Of a stretch of DNA of 64,000 bases, positions 47,395 to 57,020 are shown one piece after another. The position numbers and the translations under genes were made by a program. The notes beneath the pieces are model-generated. The model made no database searches. It saw only the letters and a program-made list of their open reading frames with translations, and was not told the DNA's origin. Position 1 is the stretch's first letter. Every line of letters begins with the position of its first letter. Source of the DNA: a virus. The stretch is taken from IMG/VR virus record IMGVR_UViG_3300035099_000181, positions 37,071 through 101,070 of that record; one strand, written 5' to 3'.

Positions 47395-48264
47395 ATGAGA
47401 GTTCTATTCGGGGGCAGGAAGGAAAGGGGGAGGCTTTGCCTGGAAGGACTCAAGGCAAGCGAATATGAGGTCATTGGCGTGTTGCAAGATAGAAGAGACA
47501 AGCATTCTTGGCTTTTGGGCGCGCCAGAAGAAGAAAAGGCAGTTTGGTACAAGGAAGATTCTGTAGCAGTCTTGAAGCCTGACATTTGTGTCCTTGCCGG
47601 ATGGTCTTTTATTATGAAGAAAGACTTCCTTGACCTGTTCCCGAAAGGAGTTCTTAACTTGCATGCGGGCAAATTGCCAGAATATCGTGGATGTTCTCCA
47701 TTGAATTGGGCCTTGCTTAATGGCGAGGAAGAGATAGGCCTGAGCATTGTTCTTCTTGATGAGGGAATTGATACAGGAAGGGTCGTTGCTCGCGATACGT
47801 TTTCTGCTGCCGGCAAGGATATTGTTAGTGTTACGCAAATTGCGGATAGTCTGTTTCCTGATCTTATGATGACAGCTTTGGGCAGGAGAGGCCGAGGAGA
47901 GTTTGGCGAAGAACAGAAGGAAAGAGATGCTTGTTACTATCCGCGTAGGTTTCCGAGAGACAGTCTTATTAGATGGAATATGCTGGCCTGGAATGTCGTC
48001 AGCAAGATAAGGGCCTTGGCCCATCCTGATTACTATGCGTTCTCTTTCCTGAACGGGCATAAGATCAGTCTGAAAAAGGCGTTGATTCCAGTTCCTCCAT
48101 ATTATTTTGGGGAATCAGCCAGGATTTACAAGATAGAAAAAGACAGATTTCTCATTGGTACTCAGGGATATTGTATCTGGATTACGGATTGGGAACCACA
48201 TGTTCCTATGAAACTTTATGAAGAATTGAAGGATTTTGCATATGATCATTCTTGGAATACATGA
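47395..48264 (+). CDS. Formyltransferase (Fmt/ArnA-like)
   Basis: LNLHAGKLPEYRGCSPLNW, LDEGIDTG. Confidence 0.88.
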   Translation: MRVLFGGRKERGRLCLEGLKASEYEVIGVLQDRRDKHSWLLGAPEEEKAVWYKEDSVAVLKPDICVLAGWSFIMKKDFLDLFPKGVLNLHAGKLPEYRGCSPLNWALLNGEEEIGLSIVLLDEGIDTGRVVARDTFSAAGKDIVSVTQIADSLFPDLMMTALGRRGRGEFGEEQKERDACYYPRRFPRDSLIRWNMLAWNVVSKIRALAHPDYYAFSFLNGHKISLKKALIPVPPYYFGESARIYKIEKDRFLIGTQGYCIWITDWEPHVPMKLYEELKDFAYDHSWNT

Positions 48265-50095
48265 CGCCCATGACGCTTCAGCCTCGCTGATGGTTGATGG
48301 CAAGATTGTGGCAGCAGCACAGGAAGAGAGGTTCACTGGACTGAAAGGCGATTACGGCTATCCAGAGAATGCTATTAATTTCTGCCTGAAGTCCGCTGGA
48401 ATAGAAGGTAGAGACATTGACACGGTGGCCTTGGCCTCGCATGGCTGGAACCCAATTTTGACCTACATCAAGCGCAACGCTAACTTTCAGGTAGATGACT
48501 GGATCATTGAGCAGGAGAAGTATTGGAGACCTAAGCTGTTCGGGAAGTTCCCTGACAAAAAGCCCGATTATTGGGAGCTGTTTGGCAAACGCAAGGATTT
48601 TGTGAAGGACAGGCATTATAACTTGCGCAGGCTGTGTAAGGGCTACATGGATCAAGGCGAGATGGAGAAGGTCAACAAGGCTAGGAAAAGCGTTATAGCC
48701 AAGAAATTAGGCATTCCTGATGACAAGATCCAGAACGCTACTCATGAGAAATGCCACAAGGCCTATGCCTTTTTTGGAGCATATGGGACTACAGGCCAGA
48801 CCGCATTGGTTCTGACTTCTGAGGGCATAGGGGACTACTCTAATGGGACAGTCTCCATTATGTCGGATCTTGCTTGCGACGAGAAGGCGAGGACGAGGGA
48901 TAACCATATTGGGCATATCTATAAGTACATCACGCTGCTCTTGGGGATGAGGCCAGACAGGGATGAGTATAAGACGATGGGGCTTGCACCTTATGCCTGC
49001 GAGCGAGAACTGAACAGAAGTTTCGAGATGTTCAAGGACGTCCTGAAGCTGGATGATTTGAATATTGTCTATGGGGAGAAGCCGAAGGATCTATACTTCC
49101 ATTTCCGAGAGGTGCTGCAAGGGCATAGATTCGACGGCATAGCGGGGGCTGTGCAGAGGTTCGCGGAAGTCCTGCTCTGCGAGTGGATCAAGAGGTGCGT
49201 AGAGAGATTCGATATACATAAGGTCTGCTTTTCTGGTGGCGTTGCCCAGAACGTCAAGGCGTGCAAGGCGATGTCCGAGGTGGAAGGGGTTGAGGATTTC
49301 CGCGTTATGCCCGCCTCCGGGGACGCCTCATTGTCGTTGGGCGCGTGCTATCATGCTGGGTGGCAGAGGGGATTGGATCTTCAGCCATTGACTGATGTTT
49401 ATCTTGGGCCTGATGTGCCAGAGGAGGATATAGAGAAGTCTTTCCGAGAATATGCCGATGAGAAATATTCAATTTCTAGGATAGCGGAATGCGATCTTCC
49501 GAAGATTGTTGCCTCTTGCCTGTCTCGTTACTTCATAGTAGCGCGGTGCTCCGGCAGGATGGAGTTTGGGCATAGAGCACTTGGCAACAGGTCGATACTG
49601 GCTCATCCGCGAGATATTAGGATAATCAGGAGGATCAACGAGGTCATAAAACGCAGAGATTATTGGATGCCTTTTGCACCAACCATCCTTGCGGATAATG
49701 AGAAGTACTACATCAAGAATCCGAAAAAGCTTGACGGGTCGTTTATGACGATGGCTTTTGACACTACCGCTACGGCGCAGAATTCCTTGATGGCAGCCAT
49801 TCATCCGGCGGATTATACTGTCAGGCCCCAAGTCCTTGGGCATGGGCAGAATCCAGAATATGAAAGGATCATAAGTGACTTCAGGAATGCTATTGGCATT
49901 TCAGCTATTCTTAATACTTCATTCAATCTGCATGGGGAGCCAATAGTCCTTGGGCCAAAAGAAGCGATGCGAACATTCAAGAACAGCAGCCTGGACGTTC
50001 TTGTCATGAACAACTGGATTGTGAAGAAGGAGCAGAAAGATGCCCATAACGCACGAGATTCGCAGCAAGGATTGGAAGACAGTTCGCGAGGTTAA
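48242..50095 (+). CDS. O-carbamoyltransferase (NodU/CmcH family)
   Basis: HDASA...EERF, EYKTMGLAPY, SGGVAQN, GRMEFGHRALGNRSI, PFAP, LNTSFNLHGEPIV. Confidence 0.92.
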   Translation: MIILGIHDAHDASASLMVDGKIVAAAQEERFTGLKGDYGYPENAINFCLKSAGIEGRDIDTVALASHGWNPILTYIKRNANFQVDDWIIEQEKYWRPKLFGKFPDKKPDYWELFGKRKDFVKDRHYNLRRLCKGYMDQGEMEKVNKARKSVIAKKLGIPDDKIQNATHEKCHKAYAFFGAYGTTGQTALVLTSEGIGDYSNGTVSIMSDLACDEKARTRDNHIGHIYKYITLLLGMRPDRDEYKTMGLAPYACERELNRSFEMFKDVLKLDDLNIVYGEKPKDLYFHFREVLQGHRFDGIAGAVQRFAEVLLCEWIKRCVERFDIHKVCFSGGVAQNVKACKAMSEVEGVEDFRVMPASGDASLSLGACYHAGWQRGLDLQPLTDVYLGPDVPEEDIEKSFREYADEKYSISRIAECDLPKIVASCLSRYFIVARCSGRMEFGHRALGNRSILAHPRDIRIIRRINEVIKRRDYWMPFAPTILADNEKYYIKNPKKLDGSFMTMAFDTTATAQNSLMAAIHPADYTVRPQVLGHGQNPEYERIISDFRNAIGISAILNTSFNLHGEPIVLGPKEAMRTFKNSSLDVLVMNNWIVKKEQKDAHNARDSQQGLEDSSRG

Positions 50096-50294
50096 CTTGA
50101 CGCCAAGGCGGGCCATACGCTTGAACTGTCTTGAGTGCGTAGGACATTCTTATAAGGAGGCGGCGGAGTGTGTATCCCACTTGTGCCCTCTGTGGCCTTT
50201 CCGTCCTGGGCAGAGGATCGCCGTCCCTAAAAAGGGGCATTTCAATGCTCAGAAACAGTTCCAGAAGAAAAGTCAAGGGCAAGGTACAGGTTAA
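50040..50294 (+). CDS. Small Cys-rich phage-type protein
   Basis: TPRRAIRLNCLECVG...CVSHLCPLWPFR; AAGGAG RBS. Confidence 0.65.
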   Translation: MPITHEIRSKDWKTVREVNLTPRRAIRLNCLECVGHSYKEAAECVSHLCPLWPFRPGQRIAVPKKGHFNAQKQFQKKSQGQGTG

Positions 50295-50354
50295 CGCCTT
50301 GCATCGGAAATTTTGCTCTAAAGCCCATCCTACAAGCCCTTATAGGAGGAGAAA

Positions 50355-51737
50355 ATGAAAGGGGACAGACCTTCCAAGCTGCTTCTGCTCTACGTGAACC
50401 TTCCGAACGAGCCGTTCCCCGCGCTCGGCCCTGCTTTGCTGTCGTCTTACGCGAAGCGGGCAGGCGCGGATGTCAGGCTATTCGATACTATGTTCTATGA
50501 TATTGGCCTTGACGATGAGGTCGATAGGCAGAGAAGTGGACAGGTGGAGTCCGGAAGTAATATTTCTCTCAAGTCCTGGCATTCTCTCATAAGGGACTTC
50601 GAGGACTTGCTGAATGATTTTTGTCCTGATGTCGTGGGAGTCAGTTGTTGCGAGAATACCTTCAGGGCGAGCGCCACGATCCTTGATTCTGCCAACAAGT
50701 CAGTCGGGATACCGCACCTCATAGTCTATGGAGGGCCATTCGCTACTTTTGCTCCTGAGTTCATCCGGTCTCATTTCCGTTTTTCATCTGTTGGCATGGA
50801 ACCTTGTGTGTGTATCGGTGAAGGCGAGATCTTCATCGAGGGCCTGATGGGGACTTGCTTATTCCTAGAGGGGAAACAGGGCTTTCGGAATCTGATGGCG
50901 GGGCAGTCCTTTTGCTCTTCCTTGGTGGACCTTGATCATCTTGCGCTGCCTGATTTCCGTATCTATTCGGATGAGGCTATGAATAGGCCTATGGCGGGCA
51001 AGATGTATAAGATGCTTCCGATTGAGTTCTCACGGGGATGTCCTTATGCTTGTTCGTATTGCTCAGCTCCGTCCTATGCCCAAAAAATGAAAGGATGGTT
51101 CAGACAGGGGCATATGCCGCGTGCCTTGCGCGATGTGGCAGTGGGAATTGATTATCTTTTAGCAGAATATCTCTATTTTATATCAGAGTCGTTTCTTGCT
51201 CTTTCAGAAGATAACCTCGGTAGTTTTTGCGAGACTCACGAGACAGAGAATGGGAGTCTTCCCTTTTGGTTCAATACCCGACCTGAGACTGTTACTGAGG
51301 GGAAAATACGACTTGTTAAGGGCGCGGGTTGTCATCGCATATCCATGGGCATTGAGCATGGAAATGAGGAGTTCAGGAAGAAAATCCTGAACCGTCGCTA
51401 TACTAATGCAGAAGCAATCAAGGCAGCGAGAATCATAAGGGACGCGGGAATCCAGCTTTCTGTCAATAGCATGATAGGCTTCCCAGACGAGACAGAGGCT
51501 CTGATTATGGATACGGTAGAGCTGAATAGGCATATAGAGGCTGATAGCCATACGGTTTCTGTATTCCAGCCGTACAGGGGAACGGTGCTCAGGGACTACT
51601 GCATCGAGAAGGGCTACTATTCCAAGGATGCAATATGCGATGGCAAGTTCAGCGAGTCCCAGCTTTCCATGTCACAGTTCTCTAAGGAGAGGATCACAGA
51701 GTGGTACTTCAAGTTTAATGAGGAGATTCGGAAATGA
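50355..51737 (+). CDS. B12-binding radical SAM protein (paralogue of 32910)
   Basis: YGGPFAT, GEGE, RGCPYACSYC, GIEHGNEEFR. Confidence 0.88.
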   Translation: MKGDRPSKLLLLYVNLPNEPFPALGPALLSSYAKRAGADVRLFDTMFYDIGLDDEVDRQRSGQVESGSNISLKSWHSLIRDFEDLLNDFCPDVVGVSCCENTFRASATILDSANKSVGIPHLIVYGGPFATFAPEFIRSHFRFSSVGMEPCVCIGEGEIFIEGLMGTCLFLEGKQGFRNLMAGQSFCSSLVDLDHLALPDFRIYSDEAMNRPMAGKMYKMLPIEFSRGCPYACSYCSAPSYAQKMKGWFRQGHMPRALRDVAVGIDYLLAEYLYFISESFLALSEDNLGSFCETHETENGSLPFWFNTRPETVTEGKIRLVKGAGCHRISMGIEHGNEEFRKKILNRRYTNAEAIKAARIIRDAGIQLSVNSMIGFPDETEALIMDTVELNRHIEADSHTVSVFQPYRGTVLRDYCIEKGYYSKDAICDGKFSESQLSMSQFSKERITEWYFKFNEEIRK

Positions 51738-52738
51738 GTGAAATGGAAAAGACAGTGATGACTTTGTTTGGCAATATCTTCTCGGGGTATTCCAAGGAAG
51801 GTATCGAAAGGACGATGGCTCCTATCTATACACGACTTGCCCTGAATAATATTCCTCTGTCTATTTTCAAGGATAAGATTTGCCTTGACGCGGGGTGCGG
51901 CAGTGGCAGGGCGTCAGCGATGATGGCCTTGGCTGGGGCGAAGAAGGTCATTTCTGTTGACTTGAGTTCGATCAATGTCGAGTCTGCGAGAAGGACGGCA
52001 GAGATGTTTGGTGTCTCGGACAGGATGGAAGTCCAACAGGGCAATGTTCTCAACTTGTGCTTCCCTTCCGATTATTTCGATGTCGTGTGGAGCAATGGCG
52101 TAGCCCACCATACGGATAACCCTTGGAAATGCATAGCTGAGGTTTGCCGCGTGCTGAAGGTGGGCGGATGGATGTGGCTTTATGTCTATGGCGACAAGGG
52201 GTTCTTCTGGTGGCTTGTTGACTGTTTGAAGTATTGGATAGCTGATATCAGCACGGACGAGGCTCTCAGATATTTTCCGCTTTGGAAGAGGCCAGAGGGC
52301 ACAGACTTCATGGACCTTATGTTCGCACCACAAGCCTTCAGGTTCAACTTCCCCGAGCTGTCTAATGGGCTGCCTTCTGGGTGCATTGCTCAGGAACTGA
52401 TGAAGGGGATGCTCTATGATTCTACTATGAGGGCTTTTCTTTTTAGGCAAGACTATAGCTATTTTGACGGTGCGGAGATAAGATGCAGGATTGACAAGAT
52501 GTGGCAAGGGGAGATGAGCTGCCATCTCACAGATAACGTGAAGTCGTCTTTTTTGGTAGACGAAAGGACGAGATGTGTCATGGAAGCTTTGCAGCATGTT
52601 GAGCTGGTGGCACAGAACAAGTATTACGGGAGACTCCTTATTGTCAAGAACATAGTCAAGGAGCTCCGCAGGAGGATGGCCTTGCTGGAGCCATTTGATT
52701 TTCAAGCGTTCGCTGATTTCATAAGGAATGAAGAATGA
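51734..52738 (+). CDS. Class I SAM-dependent methyltransferase
   Basis: LDAGCGSG, FDVVWSNGVAHH, RVLKVGG. Confidence 0.88.
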   Translation: MSEMEKTVMTLFGNIFSGYSKEGIERTMAPIYTRLALNNIPLSIFKDKICLDAGCGSGRASAMMALAGAKKVISVDLSSINVESARRTAEMFGVSDRMEVQQGNVLNLCFPSDYFDVVWSNGVAHHTDNPWKCIAEVCRVLKVGGWMWLYVYGDKGFFWWLVDCLKYWIADISTDEALRYFPLWKRPEGTDFMDLMFAPQAFRFNFPELSNGLPSGCIAQELMKGMLYDSTMRAFLFRQDYSYFDGAEIRCRIDKMWQGEMSCHLTDNVKSSFLVDERTRCVMEALQHVELVAQNKYYGRLLIVKNIVKELRRRMALLEPFDFQAFADFIRNEE

Positions 52739-53433
52739 GTGTCCTTATTCTTGTCCCAGTGAAAGAGGACAGCGCGCGACTGCCAAGAAAGAACCTGCTC
52801 CCGTTATGCAGTAAACCCTTGTTTTGGCACAGCCTGGGTACAGCAATGAAGGCATCCAAACGGATACGGGATTCCGAGGTCATGGTCGTCACGGAAAGCA
52901 AAGCTGTCATGGAAAGTCTTCACTTGTTCTCGGAAGATCTCACGCTCATGGACCAGGTCTTGCTGATGGAGAGGCCTTATTTCCTGTCCCAGGACCCGTA
53001 CCAGCTCAAGGATGTCGTGCTGTATGTGCTGAGCCAATCCGACTCCGGAAAATACACGGACTTGATTCTTGTCCAGTCTGTTTGTCCGTTGCTTGAGGCG
53101 GACGACATCGTGAATGCTCATACTATTTACAGGATGACAGGGAAGTCTGTCCGGTCAATTGTTAGAGGAAGCAGGAACTATTGGTACATGGCTAACGAGC
53201 AGATGGGGCTGATTCCTGTCAATTTTGTCAAGCAGGCTATTTCTTCAGCCATGACACTGTATGCGAGTGCTGGGGCCTTCATTATTGCTTCTGTCGGGCA
53301 GTTCCTTGAGGAAAAGACTTTCTTTCTGGAAGGGCAGGTAGGATATGTCTTGCCAGAAGAGAGGGCTGTTGACATTGACACACAACTTGATTTCGACTGT
53401 GCGGAATTCCTAATGAGGAGGAAGGCGCATTGA
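52735..53433 (+). CDS. Acylneuraminate cytidylyltransferase family protein (second)
   Basis: PVKEDSARLPRKN, LVQSVCPL, VDIDTQLD. Confidence 0.85.
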   Translation: MSVLILVPVKEDSARLPRKNLLPLCSKPLFWHSLGTAMKASKRIRDSEVMVVTESKAVMESLHLFSEDLTLMDQVLLMERPYFLSQDPYQLKDVVLYVLSQSDSGKYTDLILVQSVCPLLEADDIVNAHTIYRMTGKSVRSIVRGSRNYWYMANEQMGLIPVNFVKQAISSAMTLYASAGAFIIASVGQFLEEKTFFLEGQVGYVLPEERAVDIDTQLDFDCAEFLMRRKAH

Positions 53434-54650
53434 ACAGGGTCTTGCAGGAGATATGCGATGTGTTCTGGCGAAGGAAGTTCGTCAAATATGACTTCTTTTG
53501 CGGGACGAATACTGTCGGGGAATGCTTTAGTTTGCTCTATCAGATTCTCTCTAGAAGAGAGTCATTGAATAGACTTACTGTAAGAGGGAATGCCTTTCGG
53601 AAGTATAGGTTTTTGGCATCTGATCTAATGCAGTGCTGCTATGTTTGGCCGTTCGCCTCTGGCAGGCATGCTTTATATGCGATCCTGAAGGCGATGGGCA
53701 TAGACCAGGGCGACGAGGTGATAGTTCAGGCGTTCACCTGTGTGGCTGTTCCAAATGCAGTTAGGTTTGCAGGAGCTGAGCCTGTTTATGTGGACATCTC
53801 CCCTAATTTCCGAAATACCTTTGGGATGGATCTGACCAATTTGGAATATCTTCTGACGGATAGGACCAAGGCAGTCATTGTTCAGCATACGTTTGGGGTC
53901 CCAGGTCGCATTAGGGAAGTCATGGAGATATGCAAACTGAGAGGAATCAAAGTTATCGAGGACTGCTCGCATTCTGTGGGTATAAGGCTTGATGGCAAGC
54001 CCTTGGGGAGCTTTGGGGACGCGGGGTTCTGGTCATCGGACCATACCAAGATGATTTCGACTTCTACAGGAGGAATGGCTTTCACAAATGATAGGGGGAT
54101 TGCTGAGGAGCTTTCCCTTATGGACAAGCCTTTACTTCCTAACTGGCGCGTGTGGCAGATTGTTCTGACATTCCTGGTGGAGGTTCTCTTGACACATCCG
54201 AGGGTCTACTGGTTTGGGGATCCCATCAGGAGATTGCTGGACAAGATGCGGATTCTCTATTTTTTTCGGGATGAGAATGATGAAGTAAGGCCTAAGCACT
54301 ATCCGTCAACTTTGTCCAATGCTCAGGCTTATATTGGCGTCAAGCAGTTGGAGAAGCTGGAGGAGAATTTGAAGCACAGAGAGGATCTGGCAAAGCAAAA
54401 AAAATATTGGCCTGAAGGAATCTTGAGGGAAGTGCGGGAAGTGAGAAATCCAGAATATTTCATCGCTAAGCATAGGAAATATGTCAGGGTGGGCAGATGG
54501 TTTGATTCTCCCGTGTTTGGCTGCAATGACTTAGCCAGGGTTGGGTATGTCTCGGGATCATGTCCTATAGCCGAATCTATCTGCAAAAGAATAATCAACT
54601 TTCCCAATCATCCAAGAATAAAGGAACAAGTATGGCTAAGTTCAACCTGA
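53430..54650 (+). CDS. DegT-family aminotransferase (second)
   Basis: SGRHALY, GDEVIVQAFTC, QHTFG, IEDCSH, SSDHTK...GG. Confidence 0.85.
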   Translation: MNRVLQEICDVFWRRKFVKYDFFCGTNTVGECFSLLYQILSRRESLNRLTVRGNAFRKYRFLASDLMQCCYVWPFASGRHALYAILKAMGIDQGDEVIVQAFTCVAVPNAVRFAGAEPVYVDISPNFRNTFGMDLTNLEYLLTDRTKAVIVQHTFGVPGRIREVMEICKLRGIKVIEDCSHSVGIRLDGKPLGSFGDAGFWSSDHTKMISTSTGGMAFTNDRGIAEELSLMDKPLLPNWRVWQIVLTFLVEVLLTHPRVYWFGDPIRRLLDKMRILYFFRDENDEVRPKHYPSTLSNAQAYIGVKQLEKLEENLKHREDLAKQKKYWPEGILREVREVRNPEYFIAKHRKYVRVGRWFDSPVFGCNDLARVGYVSGSCPIAESICKRIINFPNHPRIKEQVWLSST

Positions 54651-54856
54651 ATCTACATGCGGAAGGGAATGACCTTTCCGAGGCTATTGAGGACCTGAAT
54701 AATCTCGTGGTTTTTCTGTCTGCCTTCAAGGATGAGGTCGAGAGCTACATGGAAGAGCATGGCAATTCCCTGTTTGAGAAGGAGATATGGGACAAAATAT
54801 CTGCCGATGTGTGCCGCAAGTCCGGGACTACGATAGATATGACGACTATCCAATAA
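54632..54856 (+). CDS. Hypothetical protein
   Basis: AAGGA RBS; 74 aa acidic. Confidence 0.5.
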   Translation: MAKFNLNLHAEGNDLSEAIEDLNNLVVFLSAFKDEVESYMEEHGNSLFEKEIWDKISADVCRKSGTTIDMTTIQ

Positions 54857-54875
54857 CAAAAGGTGAAAGAGGACG

Positions 54876-55535
54876 ATGGCTGACTATAGAAGATGCATTC
54901 CTGCTGTCCTGGACTCATTTGAGGGTGATTGGAGTTGTGATCCGGATGATCCAGGAGGCGAGACTTACAGGGGCATAGCACGAAAGTATCATCCGTCATT
55001 CCAAGGATGGAAGATCATTGGTGTGTGCAAAAACAGGCTTTTTTCTGGCTCTTTTCCTTCTTCCAGGGATCAGACTATCCTTTTGAATAGGGAACTTCGT
55101 AAGGATAATGATCTGCAAGAGCTGGTGGTTATGTATCTCAAGACCCAGTTTTGGGACAGGTTTTGTGGTGATGAGATTCCTTCTGACTACGTGGCGGAGG
55201 AGATGTTTGATGTCGCAATCAACATAGCTGGCGGAGTTCACAAGGCCGGGCTTTTTCTTCAGCAGGCGTTGAATCTCCTGAACAGGCAAATGACGTTATG
55301 GGAGGATATAGCGGAGGATGGGATTGTCGGGGACAAAGCTCTTTCTTGCCTTAAGGTGTGCCTTGCCAAGAAGGAGGACGAATACTACTTGATCGAGATA
55401 TTTAATCATTACCAGGCGGCGCATTACCTTCAGATTGCGAATCAGAATCCGAAGGCCGAGAAGTGGATACGCGGGCTTATTGACAGATGCAGCAGAAGGA
55501 AACTGTCAAGATATGATAGGGAGCCTTGGCCGTAA
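54876..55535 (+). CDS. Glycoside hydrolase family 108 lysozyme (putative endolysin)
   Basis: FEGDWSCDPDDPGGETYRGI; LQQALN...DGIVG peptidoglycan-binding-like segment. Confidence 0.85.
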   Translation: MADYRRCIPAVLDSFEGDWSCDPDDPGGETYRGIARKYHPSFQGWKIIGVCKNRLFSGSFPSSRDQTILLNRELRKDNDLQELVVMYLKTQFWDRFCGDEIPSDYVAEEMFDVAINIAGGVHKAGLFLQQALNLLNRQMTLWEDIAEDGIVGDKALSCLKVCLAKKEDEYYLIEIFNHYQAAHYLQIANQNPKAEKWIRGLIDRCSRRKLSRYDREPWP

Positions 55536-55584
55536 TATGCAGATAGCGATTGAATCAGCAAATAGAGAGGCGGGAGGAATAGGG

Positions 55585-56046
55585 ATGACATTTGACGAGC
55601 TGAGAGACAAGATCCTGGCATTGCTTAAGGATGAGCTGCTGCCGTTGATGGAGAAGAAGAGTCGGGACTATGGCGGGGAAGATTGTCTTTCCAACATGCA
55701 GGACTTTGGCTGGATTGGTGCGATGGTCCGAGTAGGCGACAAGTATAACAGGATTAAGAACTTTCTCAGGGCGGGGGAGTTTGTGGTAAAGGAGGAGGAT
55801 ATTGACGTCACTTTACAGGACTTGGCGAACTATGTCTTGCTGGCCTTGGTGTTAAGGAGAAGGGAAGATTGTCTTGAAGAGGTTCATCTTGAGCCTTTCC
55901 TTGTTGGACACACTGGATTCAAGCCTCTTAGGCCTGAGAAAATACTTGGAAACAGGACATCAGATCCTTTGCCACGAACAATGAGACAGTCAAGGACGTC
56001 AGATCCTTTGCCCGAAGATCCTATTGTTACGTGCAAGAATATTTGA
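55585..56046 (+). CDS. DUF1599 / nucleotide-modification-associated domain protein
   Basis: KKSRDYG...VRVGDKYNRI...TLQDLANY. Confidence 0.7.
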   Translation: MTFDELRDKILALLKDELLPLMEKKSRDYGGEDCLSNMQDFGWIGAMVRVGDKYNRIKNFLRAGEFVVKEEDIDVTLQDLANYVLLALVLRRREDCLEEVHLEPFLVGHTGFKPLRPEKILGNRTSDPLPRTMRQSRTSDPLPEDPIVTCKNI

Positions 56047-56055
56047 GGAAGATAT

Positions 56056-56982
56056 ATGAATCCTAAAGTCATGGTTGCTGTTGTAAGCTACAATCACGAG
56101 TCCTTTATTGAGGATTTCATGCTGTCACTCAGACACCAGATCTATATGCAATGGGGCCTGATCTTCACAGATAACAAGTCCACTGATATGAGCCTTGAAA
56201 TTGCTAAGGACGAGATAAAAAGGCTGCCGCGAAGTAATAATATTATAGAAATATTGACTTGCGATGCTTCTCCATACCAGAAGCAAGGAATCTACAGTAG
56301 CTTGCCTCTTCCGCTTGGCATGATACGGCTTTTCCAGCTTCTTGCCACTCCTGATGAGTACAAGTACTTCTGCATAGTGGATGCAGATGATTGGTGGGCA
56401 CTCGATAAGTTGAAGAAGCAGGTTGATCTGTTTGAGAGCGATCCTGATCTCGGTGTCGTATTCTCGGATTGCTACTACGCGAGCCGGGCGGGCAAGGTCA
56501 GGCAGGCTGGGGACTATCCGGCATGGTTCGAGCTGAATGATAAGGAAGCCGTATCTTGGGATACATTTCACAGACGCTATCCTCCATTGATGAAAGATCC
56601 GTTTATCTCGCTCCTGACGCGGTACAACTTCGTGCCTTGTCCTTCGCTCATGTTCCGGACGGATAGGCTGAAGGAAGTTGTGCAGAGAAGGAACTTTTTC
56701 TATGCCGCCGCCGAGGATTATGATTGGATTTTAAGGATTACTGCGAAGTACAAGTGCGCTTATGTCCCGGAACCTTTGGCTTATCATCGGGTTCACGAGA
56801 GACAGAAGACGCGGATGGACAAGGTTGAATGCACCTGGGAAGAAATTGATGTTGTGCGAAAGGCTACAAATTTGCGTAGGCTGACTCGGGGCCAAAGGCA
56901 GGCAGCATATTGGCATTTGGTGTGGCTGTTCCTGAAGTTAATTTACAGGACTTGGGAGGCGAGGAATGCGAGAATTAGTTGA
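56056..56982 (+). CDS. Glycosyltransferase family 2
   Basis: SYNHE, DNKSTD, DADDWW...KLKKQV, EDYDW. Confidence 0.88.
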   Translation: MNPKVMVAVVSYNHESFIEDFMLSLRHQIYMQWGLIFTDNKSTDMSLEIAKDEIKRLPRSNNIIEILTCDASPYQKQGIYSSLPLPLGMIRLFQLLATPDEYKYFCIVDADDWWALDKLKKQVDLFESDPDLGVVFSDCYYASRAGKVRQAGDYPAWFELNDKEAVSWDTFHRRYPPLMKDPFISLLTRYNFVPCPSLMFRTDRLKEVVQRRNFFYAAAEDYDWILRITAKYKCAYVPEPLAYHRVHERQKTRMDKVECTWEEIDVVRKATNLRRLTRGQRQAAYWHLVWLFLKLIYRTWEARNARIS

Positions 56983-57020
56983 GGCGTTGGTGACTTACGG
57001 GGAGTTAAGAAGGAAGATTA

